NCBI RefSeq assembly: GCF_001194135.2
Contig: NC_068983.1
Location: forward strand, 154,745,905-154,797,479
Direction: 5' to 3'
Source: Octopus bimaculoides
Lineage: Eukaryota
Length of the DNA stretch: 51,575 bases
Part shown: piece by piece, positions 33,196-45,195 of the stretch
How positions within the stretch are numbered: the stretch's first letter is position 1
How the letters are laid out: every line of letters begins with the position of its first letter
The notes under the pieces: model-generated
The model's input: the letters and a program-made list of their open reading frames with translations, nothing else
Databases searched by the model: none
Told to the model about the DNA's origin: nothing
Program-made: the position numbers and the translations under genes

Positions 33196-33410
33196 CGATT
33201 TCAAATTTTGGTACAGGGCCAACTGTTTTTGAGGGTGGTGGGATGTCGATTACATCGACCCCAGTTCTTAACTGGTAATTATTTTCTCGACCCCGAAAGG
33301 ATGAAAGGAAAAGTCGACCCAGATAGAACTTGATCTCAAAACAGAACCATGGACGAAATGCAGGTAAACATTTTCTCCGGCGTGCTAACGATTCTGCCAC
33401 CGCGCCGCCT
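33196..33410 (-). mobile_element. SINE family B, type-3 tail
   Basis: Reverse complement GGCGGCGCGGTGGCAGAATCGTTAGCACGCCGG...CCTTTCATCCTTTCGGGGTCG...GTACCAAAATTTGAAATC. Confidence 0.85.
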
Positions 33411-33501
33411 AAGTTACCACACATAATTTTTAAAAATGTATGCATGCATGTATGAAAGGATGAATGTATTTGTTTCATTTGTATGTAAAAATTCAGGTGA
33501 A

Positions 33502-33695
33502 CTCTTTTTGATCATTGGACTGCGACCATGCTGGGGCCCCGCCTTAAAATGTTTAGTTGATCCCCAGAACTTTTTTTTCTTTAAGTCAAGTATTTATTCT
33601 GTCAGGTTCCTTGCCGAACCGCTAATGTTATACGGACGTAAACAAACCAGCACCAGATGTCTAGAGGTAGTCGGGCGGCGGCAAACACACATACA

Positions 33696-33729
<34 letters not shown>

Positions 33730-33907
33730 ACACACATAAAGAAATATATGTATATGTGTGTATGGAAACGTATACATATCATATACACACACACATGCAT
33801 ACACATACGACGGTTTTCGCACTGTTTCCGTTTTACCAGAGCCTTAGTAGAAGATACTTGCCCAAGGTACTGCGTAGTGTGAGCTTCTTAAACATGCAGT
33901 CACGCCT
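33502..33907 (-). mobile_element. SINE family A, diverged, with expanded internal microsatellite
   Basis: Reverse complement AGGCGTGACTGC...TACCTTGGGCAAGTATCTTCTACT...GCGGTTCGGCAAGG...CCCCAGCATGGTCGCAGTCC. Confidence 0.75.
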
Positions 33908-33949
33908 CTGACTAAATTAATATGATTCCATCAACTCTGTCATCACCAC

Positions 33950-34072
33950 TACCATCGTCGTCGTCGTCATCGGTGGCGGCTGTGACGGCGGCTGTGGCGG
34001 CGGTTGTGGCGGTGGGTGTGGCGGCGGCTGTGGCGGCGGCGGCGGCGGCTGTGGTGGCGGCGTCGTCGTTGT
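33950..34072. repeat. GC-rich (GTC)n plus 12-bp (GGCGGCTGTGGC)-like minisatellite
   Basis: Direct inspection. Confidence 0.9.
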
Positions 34073-34174
34073 TTTCTCATGATCTTTCAGCTCCTTCTAC
34101 TATTAGCTACGCCTTGTTCTAACTTTGTTCATACGGATGATCATTTGTTTAGATGTTTAGATAATTTATGCTTA

Positions 34175-34569
34175 NNNNNNNNNNNNNNNNNNNNNNNNNN
34201 NNNNNNNNNNNNNNNNNNNNNNNNNNNNNNNNNNNNNNNNNNNNNNNNNNNNNNNNNNNNNNNNNNNNNNNNNNNNNNNNNNNNNNNNNNNNNNNNNNNN
34301 NNNNNNNNNNNNNNNNNNNNNNNNNNNNNNNNNNNNNNNNNNNNNNNNNNNNNNNNNNNNNNNNNNNNNNNNNNNNNNNNNNNNNNNNNNNNNNNNNNNN
34401 NNNNNNNNNNNNNNNNNNNNNNNNNNNNNNNNNNNNNNNNNNNNNNNNNNNNNNNNNNNNNNNNNNNNNNNNNNNNNNNNNNNNNNNNNNNNNNNNNNNN
34501 NNNNNNNNNNNNNNNNNNNNNNNNNNNNNNNNNNNNNNNNNNNNNNNNNNNNNNNNNNNNNNNNNNNNN
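34175..34569. other. Assembly gap (N-run)
   Basis: N-run. Confidence 1.
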
Positions 34570-34609
34570 GATTAATATTAATGAGTTTTTTTTTTCTGCA
34601 TAATATCTC

Positions 34610-34773
34610 TAGCTGGCAGAGTCGTTACCGTACCTGTAAAAAATGCTTTACCGGCATGTCATCCGACTTTACATTCTGAGTTAAGATGCTGCAGGATTCG
34701 ACTTTGCCTTTCATCGTTTCGATGTACATAAAATAAGTAGCAGCTGATTACTGGAGTCAATGTAATCCACTCA
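34610..34773 (+). mobile_element. Old SINE family B, 3'-truncated
   Basis: GCTGGCAGAGTCGTTA...TCGACTTTGCCTTTCATCGTTTCG...CTGGAGTCAATGTAATC. Confidence 0.65.
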
Positions 34774-34775
34774 GC

Positions 34776-34990
34776 GGAGGCGCGTAGCTTAGTGGTTAGG
34801 GTGTTAGACTCATGATCGTATGATTGTGGTTTCGATTCCTGGACCGGGTGTCCAACCTACTCAGCTGGCAAAAATGAGTAATCCTGCGACGGACCGGTGT
34901 CCCTTCCAAGTGGGAAATTTATACGCCATGGAAACCTGGAAACCTGCCCTTATGAGTCGGTATGACTCGAGAAGATAACCTTTACCTAAC
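34776..34990 (+). mobile_element. SINE family C (tail 1) with internal deletion; ends in an ACCTTT-like unit
   Basis: GGAGGCGCGTAGCTTAGTGGTTAGGGTG, GGTTTCGATTCC, CTCAGCTGGCAAAAATGAGTA, CCTGCGACGGAC...GAAGATAACCTTTACC. Confidence 0.85.
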
Positions 34991-35169
34991 CCACTCCCCG
35001 AAATGGCCGGCCTTATGTCAAGATTTGGAACCATTTTGTGTCTACATATATGTTGGATGAGAGAGCGCGTGTATACGCATACACATACACATATACACAC
35101 ACATATATACATACATATATCTGTGTGTGGTGTGTGTGTATGTATGTATGTATGTATGTATGTATGTAT

Positions 35170-35640
35170 GACAAGGAGCCGAATCCCGATATCACAGGCA
35201 TGGCCTTCCAGCAGCAACCCTCTCCAGCCAGGGTTTGACGACAGTTTCCAGAAGTTTCATATGGTCACCTGATTTGAGTCTAAGGCCCTGTTTAAATGTG
35301 TAGGGCAGCATGCCGTCACCCTCAGTGGAGACACACCAAAAGACCGCCACAGTTTGGGAGAAACAGGTTTTCATGAAGTCATGCAGCCCTTACAATGTTC
35401 ACAGAGCAACAGTCACGATGTCAGCATTTTGATACCCGGTGCAACTCATCATGATACGAGGAATTCTTTTTCTAATATTCATTGGCTTCCTGTCCTCCAT
35501 GTCAGCTAACTTTTTCTCAACTACAACTTCAATCTTTCTGTTCTCCAACGCCATTGACTGTTCCCCAATGTGTCTAGAGAGAGACTTTCTTGAACGAAAA
35601 ACTAGTTTCAGGCGTTTCAGCAACATACATACATTAAGCC
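35170..35640 (-). mobile_element. Internally deleted maT-type (Tc1/mariner) transposon fragment
   Basis: N-terminal MEDRKP...GYQNADIVTVA joined to MKTCFSQTVAVFWCVSTEGDGMLP...VVKPWLERVAAGRP. Confidence 0.75.
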
Positions 35641-35807
35641 GGTTGTATTGATAGATCTTTTACTGTAGTTTCCCCCATCGCATATTTCGAGTATATGAGA
35701 CCTAGTTATAACTTCAAACTGCATCCAGTGGTGTGACTCTGGTACGGGAATTCCATAGCTTTCGGGAGTGTAGAATCACCTCTTAATCACTATGGTTCCT
35801 AGGTCGA

Positions 35808-36024
35808 TGAGGGGGTGCTGAAAAGTTCCAGGCTTTAAGGGTAGCATGGAAGGCTTGGTTGGTGGCCTGATCTTTCAAGTGTTTTTACAAGGCTTAGAAA
35901 AACTGAAGGATTGTTGAAGTAAGTGTGTGAATCTGAGAGGGGAATGTGTTGAACTAAATCATAATTAAAATTATCTTTCTGTATTTTCTTTTACTTAAAG
36001 CCAGGATCTATTCAGCACCCCTTG
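35808..36024 (+). mobile_element. Mariner-derived MITE
   Basis: TIRs TGAGGGGGTGCTGAAAAGTTCCAGGCTTTAAG / CTTAAAGCCAGGATCTATTCAGCACCCCTTG-TA; interior LQGLEKLK...KCVNLRGECVE matches a mariner C-terminus. Confidence 0.85.
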
Positions 36025-36750
36025 TATTCTGACCTAGAGTGGTAGCACCTGTTACGATCACAGTTATGGATTAATCAGCATGTGAGTTACTGGGAGTCAA
36101 GGGCCCTTAGTTCTCGTTGTAACTTCCTTCTACGAGAAGGTAAACTGGAATGAAAAAAAAATGAAGTACAGTTGGTTTCTGGTTGTCTCAACCTCTGTCG
36201 TGCAACTGGTTTTGTAGCTGATTGCATGGAATAGTGAGCTCTCTGCAGTGCAACACATCATCCACACAACACAAATTCGCACACAGGAATATCTTGGATT
36301 CTAGGGACGTTTGCACGGATTTACTGAACTTAGAAAGTCGTCATTCGAGATCAGAAGCTGACTTTCACCACATACACATATATATGTAATCTACGTGTGT
36401 GTGTGGAGATAGGTTAATGTGAGATAGGTTGGTGTGTAACTCAAGCCATATCAACAGACAAGCACACAAATGTATATTGATATACATTTCAGCATTTGTG
36501 TACAAAAAATGTATGTACAGGCTGTGTGTGAATGTAATGCTTTTATTAACCATTTTTTCTAACTTCTTTACAGACAATATTATCATGTTAGAACAAACCA
36601 AATTTAAAAAGATGTACGTCTTTTCAGAGAAATAAATATAAGTATAGAAGTGAGCAAATATAGACCTAAACATGCACATACACACACACACTGACACACA
36701 CACACACACGCACACGCGCGCGCACACACACACACACACATACATAAATA

Positions 36751-37949
36751 CTGGGTGCTGTGAATAAATAGTCGTCTAAATTACGCAAAAATGAAAATAA
36801 CACTGACATTATATTTTAACAGATATATTTACCAAAGTTACATAAAAAATATCTTGAAATACTAAAATCGCCATTGGCTTCAACCACGGCCTGCAGACGA
36901 CTTCGGAATCTCCTGCAACTCTTCCGGGCAGCCTCTTTATTTAAGTTGGTCAATGCTGCTGTATTGGTCTCTTGCTCAACATAATAATCAAGGGTGTTGC
37001 AGTCTGGGGAATTAGGTGGCCCAATGTTAGCGGTGATGTGGTCGCAGAAATTGTCTGACAGCCATGACTGGGTTCTCCTACTTGTGTGGCATGGTGCAGA
37101 GTCCTGCTACCAGACATAAGGTCTCCTAGCAGCCATCCTCTTGACCCAAGGCAGCACTACCTCCTCCAGGCACTTGATGTAGGTCTCTGTGTTGAGTCTG
37201 AGGCCGTGTGGGAAGATGAATGGAGACATAACGTCACCATCACTAGTGATTACGTCAAACACCATGATGTTCACTGGATGTTTGATTTTTATCACTCTCA
37301 ACAGGCCAACAGTTGTTCTGTGTGTTCACGATCTAATCCTGGCAGAAATTTTTCTTATCTGAGAAAAACCAATGCATGTTCGGTTAGAGGAGATGCTTGA
37401 GTTTGTTTAAAAGCTTCGTAGCGCGGTCTTTCCTCTTGTCCTTGATGGCTTGAGATAAAAATTGGCCCTTTCTCATCTTGTATGAGGAATACCGAATGTC
37501 TTCATGCACTACCTACCTGATCAGAAACTCAGACACTCCCATGTCCCTGGTGATAGACTTGATTGATTTGGAGGGATCGTTGTGAATCATGGCCTGGATC
37601 TCACCAACAAATTCAGAAGTTCTTTTCTTATCAGAACGATCAGAGTGAGTTTTCCAAGCTGCCGCACCTTCGTAATCATCATTAGATTCATCCAACTCTT
37701 TCCGAATCCTCTGCACTGTCTTCAGATTGACACTCAAACACTCTGAAATGTTTGTATTGGAGCGTCCGGTGTGAATGCCAATCAGTACAACATGTCATTT
37801 CCAAATTTCTTGGAAACAGAATTGTGTCATGGTGCTGCTTTTCTCACAGACGGTACTCAACTGAACTTATTATACTGTGTAGTCGATAAAATCCAAAATA
37901 AACAATGCGCATGCGCAAAATTAAAAATATAAAGTGGCGACGCACCCTC
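36751..37949 (-). mobile_element. Near-full-length maT (DD37D) Tc1/mariner element; transposase broken
   Basis: TA-flanked ends CTGGGTGC / GAGGGTGC; QDSAPCHTS...PPNSPDCNTLD has 37 residues between the two Asp; ORF pieces 37513-37737 and 37107-37301. Confidence 0.9.
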
Positions 37950-37963
37950 TATATATACGTGCA

Positions 37964-38031
<68 letters not shown>

Positions 38032-39146
38032 CATATATATATATATAAAAGTTTATAAAATGTTCTCACGTTCAAAATGCTATTATTTTGCATTATATAA
38101 AGACGGTAGTTGTTGTCAGGGATCCCTTAATTTCATGGTACAGAGCGCTCAACCGGAATTTGAGAGGCATAGTTTCTAGTCGCAGTAGAGGCTTGCTGGC
38201 CACTTTTCCCCCATAAAGGTATTTACCCGATGTTCTAAGTTGTCTTCACAGCCATCCCGCGTTCGAGAATTACCTTATTTTCTGTAGAATACCGACTTAC
38301 TAGACACTTCTAAAATTGTTTACAAAAGGTTCTTATATGTATGTGTGTGTGTGTATGCTACTTAATGTGAATGTTTTATTAGAACGCTGAATATTGCAGC
38401 ATTTGCCTTATATATAAACGCACGGTTCAAAGGGCACTGTTGTATATTGTAGCAAACAAGAACTGTCTGATAAAGACGCCGGAACTGCCAGATCACGTCA
38501 TTTCAACATACTTAGCTTCCTCATTGGCAGGCGTCCGTTTACCACATACCAGCCAAACGCCATTGCCTACATTATATACAATAACAGAGATTTTCTTTCT
38601 ATCACTGACGTCGCGAATAGCCCAATGACTTATTGAAAAATAAATAATAGTGACGGAAGCAGTAATAATACCGAATTACAATCTTCACATCCAATTTAAT
38701 GTTGATGTATTATTTGAACGCTGAATACTATGGTATTTACCTCAAGAGGTCCTCTTTTATAAACGTATGGTGCTTAGAGCACATATGTATATCGTAGCAG
38801 ACGATAACCGAGAGGTATGAGTGCTGATATTTATTTTTTGATAAGCCTGTATATATATTTTTGTTTGTGTTATGTGTATATTTGTGTCAGTCTGTGTCTC
38901 TCTACGTATGCGTGAGTAAGCATGATTTTGCATAGTGTTATTGCATTCGATTTATTCACATAAATATAAAAAATAAGGGTGCGTTTGCTTCTTTCTTTTT
39001 AACCTTTATAGTACTCATGTTTTGTTATTAGATAAAAATAAAAAAAAGTAGAAAAGACTGAAAACGGATCACTGGCAACAAAGTAAAAGAAAGAAAAAAG
39101 AATGAAGTAAGAAAAAAATGAAAGAAGGAAAGAAAAAAGGTAGCGA

Positions 39147-39178
<32 letters not shown>

Positions 39179-39842
39179 GATAAAAAGAAGTGGAAATGCT
39201 TGTTGATGTGAGAAGCAATATTTGAAAACAGGTTTGTTTTATGGTGTTTTTGCTTTCTTTGGTTCAAAGAAAAAAGCGTGTTATTTTTTTCTGATTTGTT
39301 GAAGTTTAGTGAAAAGTAGTTGCTCTTATACGCTACAAGACCCACTTAAAAGAAGAGACTGACAATATATGAACTTACGAAGGGGGGAAAGTTTCGCCTT
39401 TGCAACTACAATTCTCTATAAAATATAGGCATGCTGGCAACAGCGAATTGACAATGCTGGCAGAGTATCAGATAGAATTCCGAGTAGAATTTGTATTAGA
39501 AATCTGCACTCTGAAATCAAATCTTGTCGAAGGTAAATTCACAATCCTTCGTGTTTAACTTGACAAAGAAAAGTACCTATTTTGTCGGCCGTGCCTTTCA
39601 AAGAAATGCTAAGTCGCGGGGACGTAAACAATCCAACAACGGTTGTCATGCGGTGGTGGGCAATAAACACAAACACAAAGACACGCTTGTGTGCACGCAC
39701 GCACACACACACACACACATATTGTTCGACTTGCATTGAGTCAAATCTCCCAAGAATCAGAATTTCGGATCTTACGAGAGTAAAGGTACATTGAATAATG
39801 ATTAGCTTTCTATACGCGAGGCAAAGAAAGACAGAGAATAGT

Positions 39843-39965
39843 AATAGCTGGAATGTCTTTGATCAAATATCTACTCAGTTACAGCTGACTTCAGGTTAAA
39901 CAAAAACAAAAACATCATAGTAGTTAAATCATCCTCAAACTACACCTTACTGCCTTAAAGAAAGG
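39843..39965 (+). repeat. Old unclassified dispersed repeat (two modules, also present at 40925-41095)
   Basis: GCTGGAATGTCTTTGATCA...GCTGACTTCAGGTTAAACAA resembles 41030-41092; CACCTTACTGCCTTAAA resembles 40950-40975. Confidence 0.4.
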
Positions 39966-41769
39966 AAACGAAAGACATAGGAATTTCAGGCCTGAATATA
40001 CATTACGGCACATGCAACGAAGAGAAGGAAAAAAGATGGAAAGAAGCGACTTTATTTTGTTAAGAAAGCTGCACGAAATATTCCTACATAGAAATCTTTA
40101 ATTTCCTATCATTAGCTGAATAGCTTTGAGATATAAAATAAGTCTCTTTATTTTTTATTATCATTTTATAGCAATCGTTGATGGATGTAATATAATATTC
40201 ATTCTAAGGAATCCCTGGAAACATAAGTTGAACGATAAAAGAACTATTGTGCAAGAAGACCAAATTCTTACATAATTCCGATGACAACTGGTGTCTATAA
40301 CGAACTTTCATCTCCCACATTTTTTTTTTTTGTAGTTAGGAGTAGGATAAAAGTGGGGAACATCTTTTCACCAGAAAAAGTATTACATTGATAAAGATAA
40401 TTGATTATTCTTGAAACAAACCCCTACTGTTGTCTTAACTGTCAGATTTTCCTGTTCAAAAGACTTGGAACTACTAAGATAACACGATGTCGGCAATTCT
40501 AAGCAAGAAGATCTACCTGCTGATATCGCAGTCAAATACAATTCTATCAAAGAAATCTCAGATACAATTCCCTTAAAGAGCACCATAACAATTAAAGCTG
40601 AAATGAATTGTCTTCAATTAACTTTATATTGTGATTTTCCAGCTGGATATAATCTCCCTCGTTCAAAACACTAATCACCCAAGCGTGAAGTAGAAGTGGA
40701 TTTAATTGCCGCTAAGTTAACGGAGGAACGCAGTGAACTGTGTTTTGTTAAGAGGACAAGAGAAGCTTCTATAGAGAATGTGCAACAAATGTAAACATTC
40801 TGTTCTTTAGTTGATGTTTTTTCTTACTTGTAATTCATTAATTTAAACCATCTAATCTATAGACCTATTTATATCATCTTCTGCCCCAGGATAGTACCTA
40901 CACGTAGTCATTCGAATACGTAGAAATAGCAGCTAATTCTTGCCAAAAACGTATCCTACTGTCTTTAAAAAAGAAATTTAGGATACGTTAAAACGTCGTC
41001 CTAGACAACTAAAGAGAAAGGAAAATCAAAGCTGAACCACTTTTGATAATACGTCTGCTCAATCAAAGCTGATCTGAAGTTAAAGAATAACAACTACGAC
41101 AGTCACAATGGCGACAACATCAACAACAACAACAACCACAACCACAACAATAACTAGTTCGTGGTTTTCACGCTGTTTCTGTTGAATAACCTTGGGTTCA
41201 TGTTTGGTAAAGACTAATATAGCAAGTTGATAGGTCAGTGACTTCGTAGCAGTTTTATTATCCAAGCTACATAACATTAGCAGATGGTTTAGCTACGGAT
41301 ACAATAATGAATAGTGCCTTAAGATTTCTATGAAAAGTTTCTGAGGAAAATTTCGTCTAAATTTACTGAAATTTTGTGAAGGGAATTCAATATTTGTTGA
41401 CCTTTAAATGCCAAACGGTTGTATCATATAGATTCCTGATATCTGTATGGCGAGAAATTAGGCCATGGATATCGCACTTATATCTGATTCACTTCTGGTT
41501 TTGTTCTTTGTTTGTTTTTCTTTTCTTTTACCTCTTTCTATGCCATGGTTTCAAGTTGCACTCTTAACGAATCTCCAGATTAATGCAGAAATAGAGAATT
41601 ATAAAGATATAACAATAACTCTAATACATCTTAGAACTGACAAACCTCTAATGTGTATGTGTGTGTACGCGCGCACGCGTGGAGAGAGAGACACGTAGAC
41701 AGACAGACAGAGAGACAGACCAACAGATAGATTGACAGGTAGAATGATACATAGATAGATAAATAGAGT

Positions 41770-41771
<2 letters not shown>

Positions 41772-41824
<53 letters not shown>
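41772..41824. repeat. (GA)n microsatellite running into a gap
   Basis: Direct inspection. Confidence 0.95.
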
Positions 41825-42506
41825 NNNNNNNNNNNNNNNNNNNNNNNNNNNNNNNNNNNNNNNNNNNNNNNNNNNNNNNNNNNNNNNNNNNNNNNNNNNN
41901 NNNNNNNNNNNNNNNNNNNNNNNNNNNNNNNNNNNNNNNNNNNNNNNNNNNNNNNNNNNNNNNNNNNNNNNNNNNNNNNNNNNNNNNNNNNNNNNNNNNN
42001 NNNNNNNNNNNNNNNNNNNNNNNNNNNNNNNNNNNNNNNNNNNNNNNNNNNNNNNNNNNNNNNNNNNNNNNNNNNNNNNNNNNNNNNNNNNNNNNNNNNN
42101 NNNNNNNNNNNNNNNNNNNNNNNNNNNNNNNNNNNNNNNNNNNNNNNNNNNNNNNNNNNNNNNNNNNNNNNNNNNNNNNNNNNNNNNNNNNNNNNNNNNN
42201 NNNNNNNNNNNNNNNNNNNNNNNNNNNNNNNNNNNNNNNNNNNNNNNNNNNNNNNNNNNNNNNNNNNNNNNNNNNNNNNNNNNNNNNNNNNNNNNNNNNN
42301 NNNNNNNNNNNNNNNNNNNNNNNNNNNNNNNNNNNNNNNNNNNNNNNNNNNNNNNNNNNNNNNNNNNNNNNNNNNNNNNNNNNNNNNNNNNNNNNNNNNN
42401 NNNNNNNNNNNNNNNNNNNNNNNNNNNNNNNNNNNNNNNNNNNNNNNNNNNNNNNNNNNNNNNNNNNNNNNNNNNNNNNNNNNNNNNNNNNNNNNNNNNN
42501 NNNNNC
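41825..42506. other. Assembly gap (N-run)
   Basis: N-run. Confidence 1.
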
Positions 42507-43388
42507 CCACAGGTCCGAAATGGTTGGACACTGCACGAGTGCGTGCAGAACGGTTTCGTCGCTCTGACCGCGTCTCGGGCAAGTCGGTCCGGTGTGTCTC
42601 GAACCGTGCCTGTAGAGCTTATCCCGAACGGGTAATGGTTCTCGATAGCACTGCCAGGCCAGGGATCTTTGATGATTGTCCATAGGTCCCGGCCCGAAAG
42701 TTGTCCTGAACAGGTGGGTCAGGTGTTCCTCGTCTATGCCCAGATTCTGCCCCAGAACGTCGTCGCACCTCCCCTCCGCTAATCCTCTATAGAACGCCTT
42801 TGTTGTAATGAAGTCGCACAAGTTTGGCCTGAGTACAACGCGACACTCACGTTGCCATTCGCCTAGCTTCGGTCTCTGTTTGATCCACGACTGCACTTAG
42901 GCCAAGGAGACGAGCTACGAGAAAGCACGCCGCACAAACTGCGACCACACCTTTTTACCGTAATCTATGAAGCACCGGAGATGTTGCAGACTCAGCGCAT
43001 GTCTGCGCATCATCAACCGCAGCATGCCTAGCCCTCCATTTAGCGGGTATTGACAGCAGATGGATCATCTAACAATCGGAACGCTTCCCTTCCACAAGAA
43101 GCGGAAGAGTATGCGTTCCAGTTTGGTAATGGTAAGGTCGGGACAAGGCACGACGGTCAGATGGTAATCGATAACGGATGCGATGTACGCGTTCGCCATC
43201 TCCGCCCGACCTTTTAGGGATACCTTCCTCTCGGCCCATTGGTGGGTGAGAGTGGCCACCCTAGTCGTTACTTCACCCCAGTTCTTCTCCAATTGAAGGT
43301 CCGGACCGAACCACACTCTGAGCAATTTAGCCGGTCCGTCGGTCCAGCGTACCATGATGGAGACGCGGTTGGGCGGCATGGGCTTGCT
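42507..43388 (-). mobile_element. Tx1/L1-clade LINE copy 1 (5'-truncated; 3' end lost in the gap)
   Basis: WAERKVSLKGRAEMAN...LFRFLWKG; AWQCYREPLPVRDKL...CPR.GQSDETVLHALVQCP (zf-RVT type). Confidence 0.88.

Positions 43389-43478
<90 letters not shown>
43389..43478. repeat. Perfect (GATA)n (~22 units) separating two Tx1 copies
   Basis: Direct inspection. Confidence 0.98.
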
Positions 43479-43479
<1 letters not shown>

Positions 43480-44843
43480 TGTTTCTTTCTTAGCCACAAA
43501 GAGCTGAACACAGACGGGACAAAATATAAAGTAGAGCTTTTCTTTTTTGGGAAGGAAAGAAAAAAAGTGGGGTAGAATTTCGATCAAAAGGGATCCTGGA
43601 AAGAAAAGAAAAAAAAAGGAAGCCGATCAATAGGGATCGTGTATCACAGAAATATCATAATGTAAAAGGGGAAACAGATTAGGTTTATCTGTGGAAAGAA
43701 AAGCCTACGGAAAAGACCACGGTAACCTCGGGCAATCATGCCATGCAAAAAACACATTACAGTAAGTGACTCTCTTTTTTCCTTTCTTTTCCTTGTTCAT
43801 AGGATTATGCTCAAGGTGGCTCCGTCATTCACACGTGCCATCCTTGCTACATTCACCCATCTTTTTTTGAAACATTCACTAGACAAAACTTCCCTCTCTA
43901 CTCTCACCTTTTTCTTCAAGTGATACTTGAAGAAGTTGATGAGAGATTCACCAGAGAGGAAAGTGTTTGTTTCTAGATCCTTCGGGCGCGTCGACTATAC
44001 ACATTCTTTCGCCATGGCCACAAGTACAGTGAAAACGGCTCTTCCTTCCAGTTTCAAGGAAGGAGGCGCGACAATATTCGCGATAGACTCGGTTGATAAA
44101 CTGACTCGTCCCACACGCGATAGCAGTCCTTTGACAGGTCGGAAATGGTTAGACACTGCACGAGTGCGTGCAGAACGGTTTTGTCGCTCTGACCACATCT
44201 TGGGAAGGTCGGCCCCGTGTTTCTTGAGCCATGCCTGTAGAGCTTATCCCGAAAGGGTAACGCTTCTCGATAGCACTGCCAGGCCAGGGATCTCTGGAAG
44301 TTGTCCATAGGCTCCGGCTCGAAAGTCGTCCTGAACAGGCAGGTCAGGTAATCCTCATTGATGCCCAGGTTCGCTCCGAGATCGTCGTCGTACCTCCCCT
44401 CCACTAATCCCCTATAGAATGTTTTGGTTGTGTTCCAGTCGCTCAAGGCCGACCCGGGACTGCATAGTTGCTCGAGAGCAACGCGACACTCACGGTGCCA
44501 TTCGCCCTTCCTCGGCCTCTTTTTGAATCCACGACTGCAATTCGGTCATGGAGACGAGGTGCGCAAAGTGCGCCTCACAAACGGCGATCATACCTGTTCA
44601 TCGTCGTCTACGTAGAGCCAGAGATGTCGCAGTCTCAGCACATGTCTGCGCATCATCAACCACGGCATGCCCAGCCCTCCATTTAACTAGTATTGGCAGG
44701 AAACGGATCGCCTGACCATCGGAACGCATCTTTTCCACAAGAAGCGTAAGAGAATGCGTTCCAGTTTGGTAATGGTAGGGTCAGGACAAGGCACGATGGT
44801 CAGGCGGTAGTAGATGACGGACGCGATGTAAGTGTTCGCCACG
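43479..44843 (-). mobile_element. Tx1/L1-clade LINE copy 2 (5'-truncated; complete pyrimidine-rich 3' UTR)
   Basis: Colinear with copy 1 (roughly 80-90% by eye); ORF end ...KKRWVNVARMARVNDGATLSIIL*; UTR ends GCTCTTTGTGGCTAAGAAAGAAACAC. Confidence 0.9.
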
Positions 44844-44874
44844 TAATTGTGTGTATACATATTTATTAATTGTA

Positions 44875-45195
44875 AAGACGCGTGGCTTAGTGGTCAGGGT
44901 ATTTGTCTCACGATCGTAAAATCATGAGTTCGATTACCGGCGGCGCATTGTGTCTTTGAACAAGACACTTCATTTCATGTTGCTCCAGTTCTCTCAGCTA
45001 TCAAAAACGAGTAGTACCTGTAATTCAAAGGGCCAGCCTTGTCAATATTGTGTCAAGCTGAATCTCCCTGAGAACTATGTTATGGGTAAACGTGTCTGTG
45101 GATCGCTCAGCCACTTGCACATTAATTTCACGTGCAGGCTGTTCCGTTGATCGGATCAACTGGAACCACTCGTCGCCATGACCGACAGAGTGTCA
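44875..45195 (+). mobile_element. SINE: family-C head and core with tail 2
   Basis: GACGCGTGGCTTAGTGGTCAGGG, GAGTTCGATT, CTCAGCTATCAAAAACGAGTA, then GTACCTGTAATTCAAAGGG...GATCGGATCAACTGGAACC shared with 49451-49928. Confidence 0.85.

Noticed and set aside
33922-34122. Poly-Ser/poly-Ala ORF resembling a transcription-factor low-complexity region
   Set aside because: Arises from the GC minisatellite between a SINE and a gap; no domain or splice support.
40383-40680. Open stretches in non-repetitive sequence
   Set aside because: No motif, start or convincing splice pair in any frame I translated.
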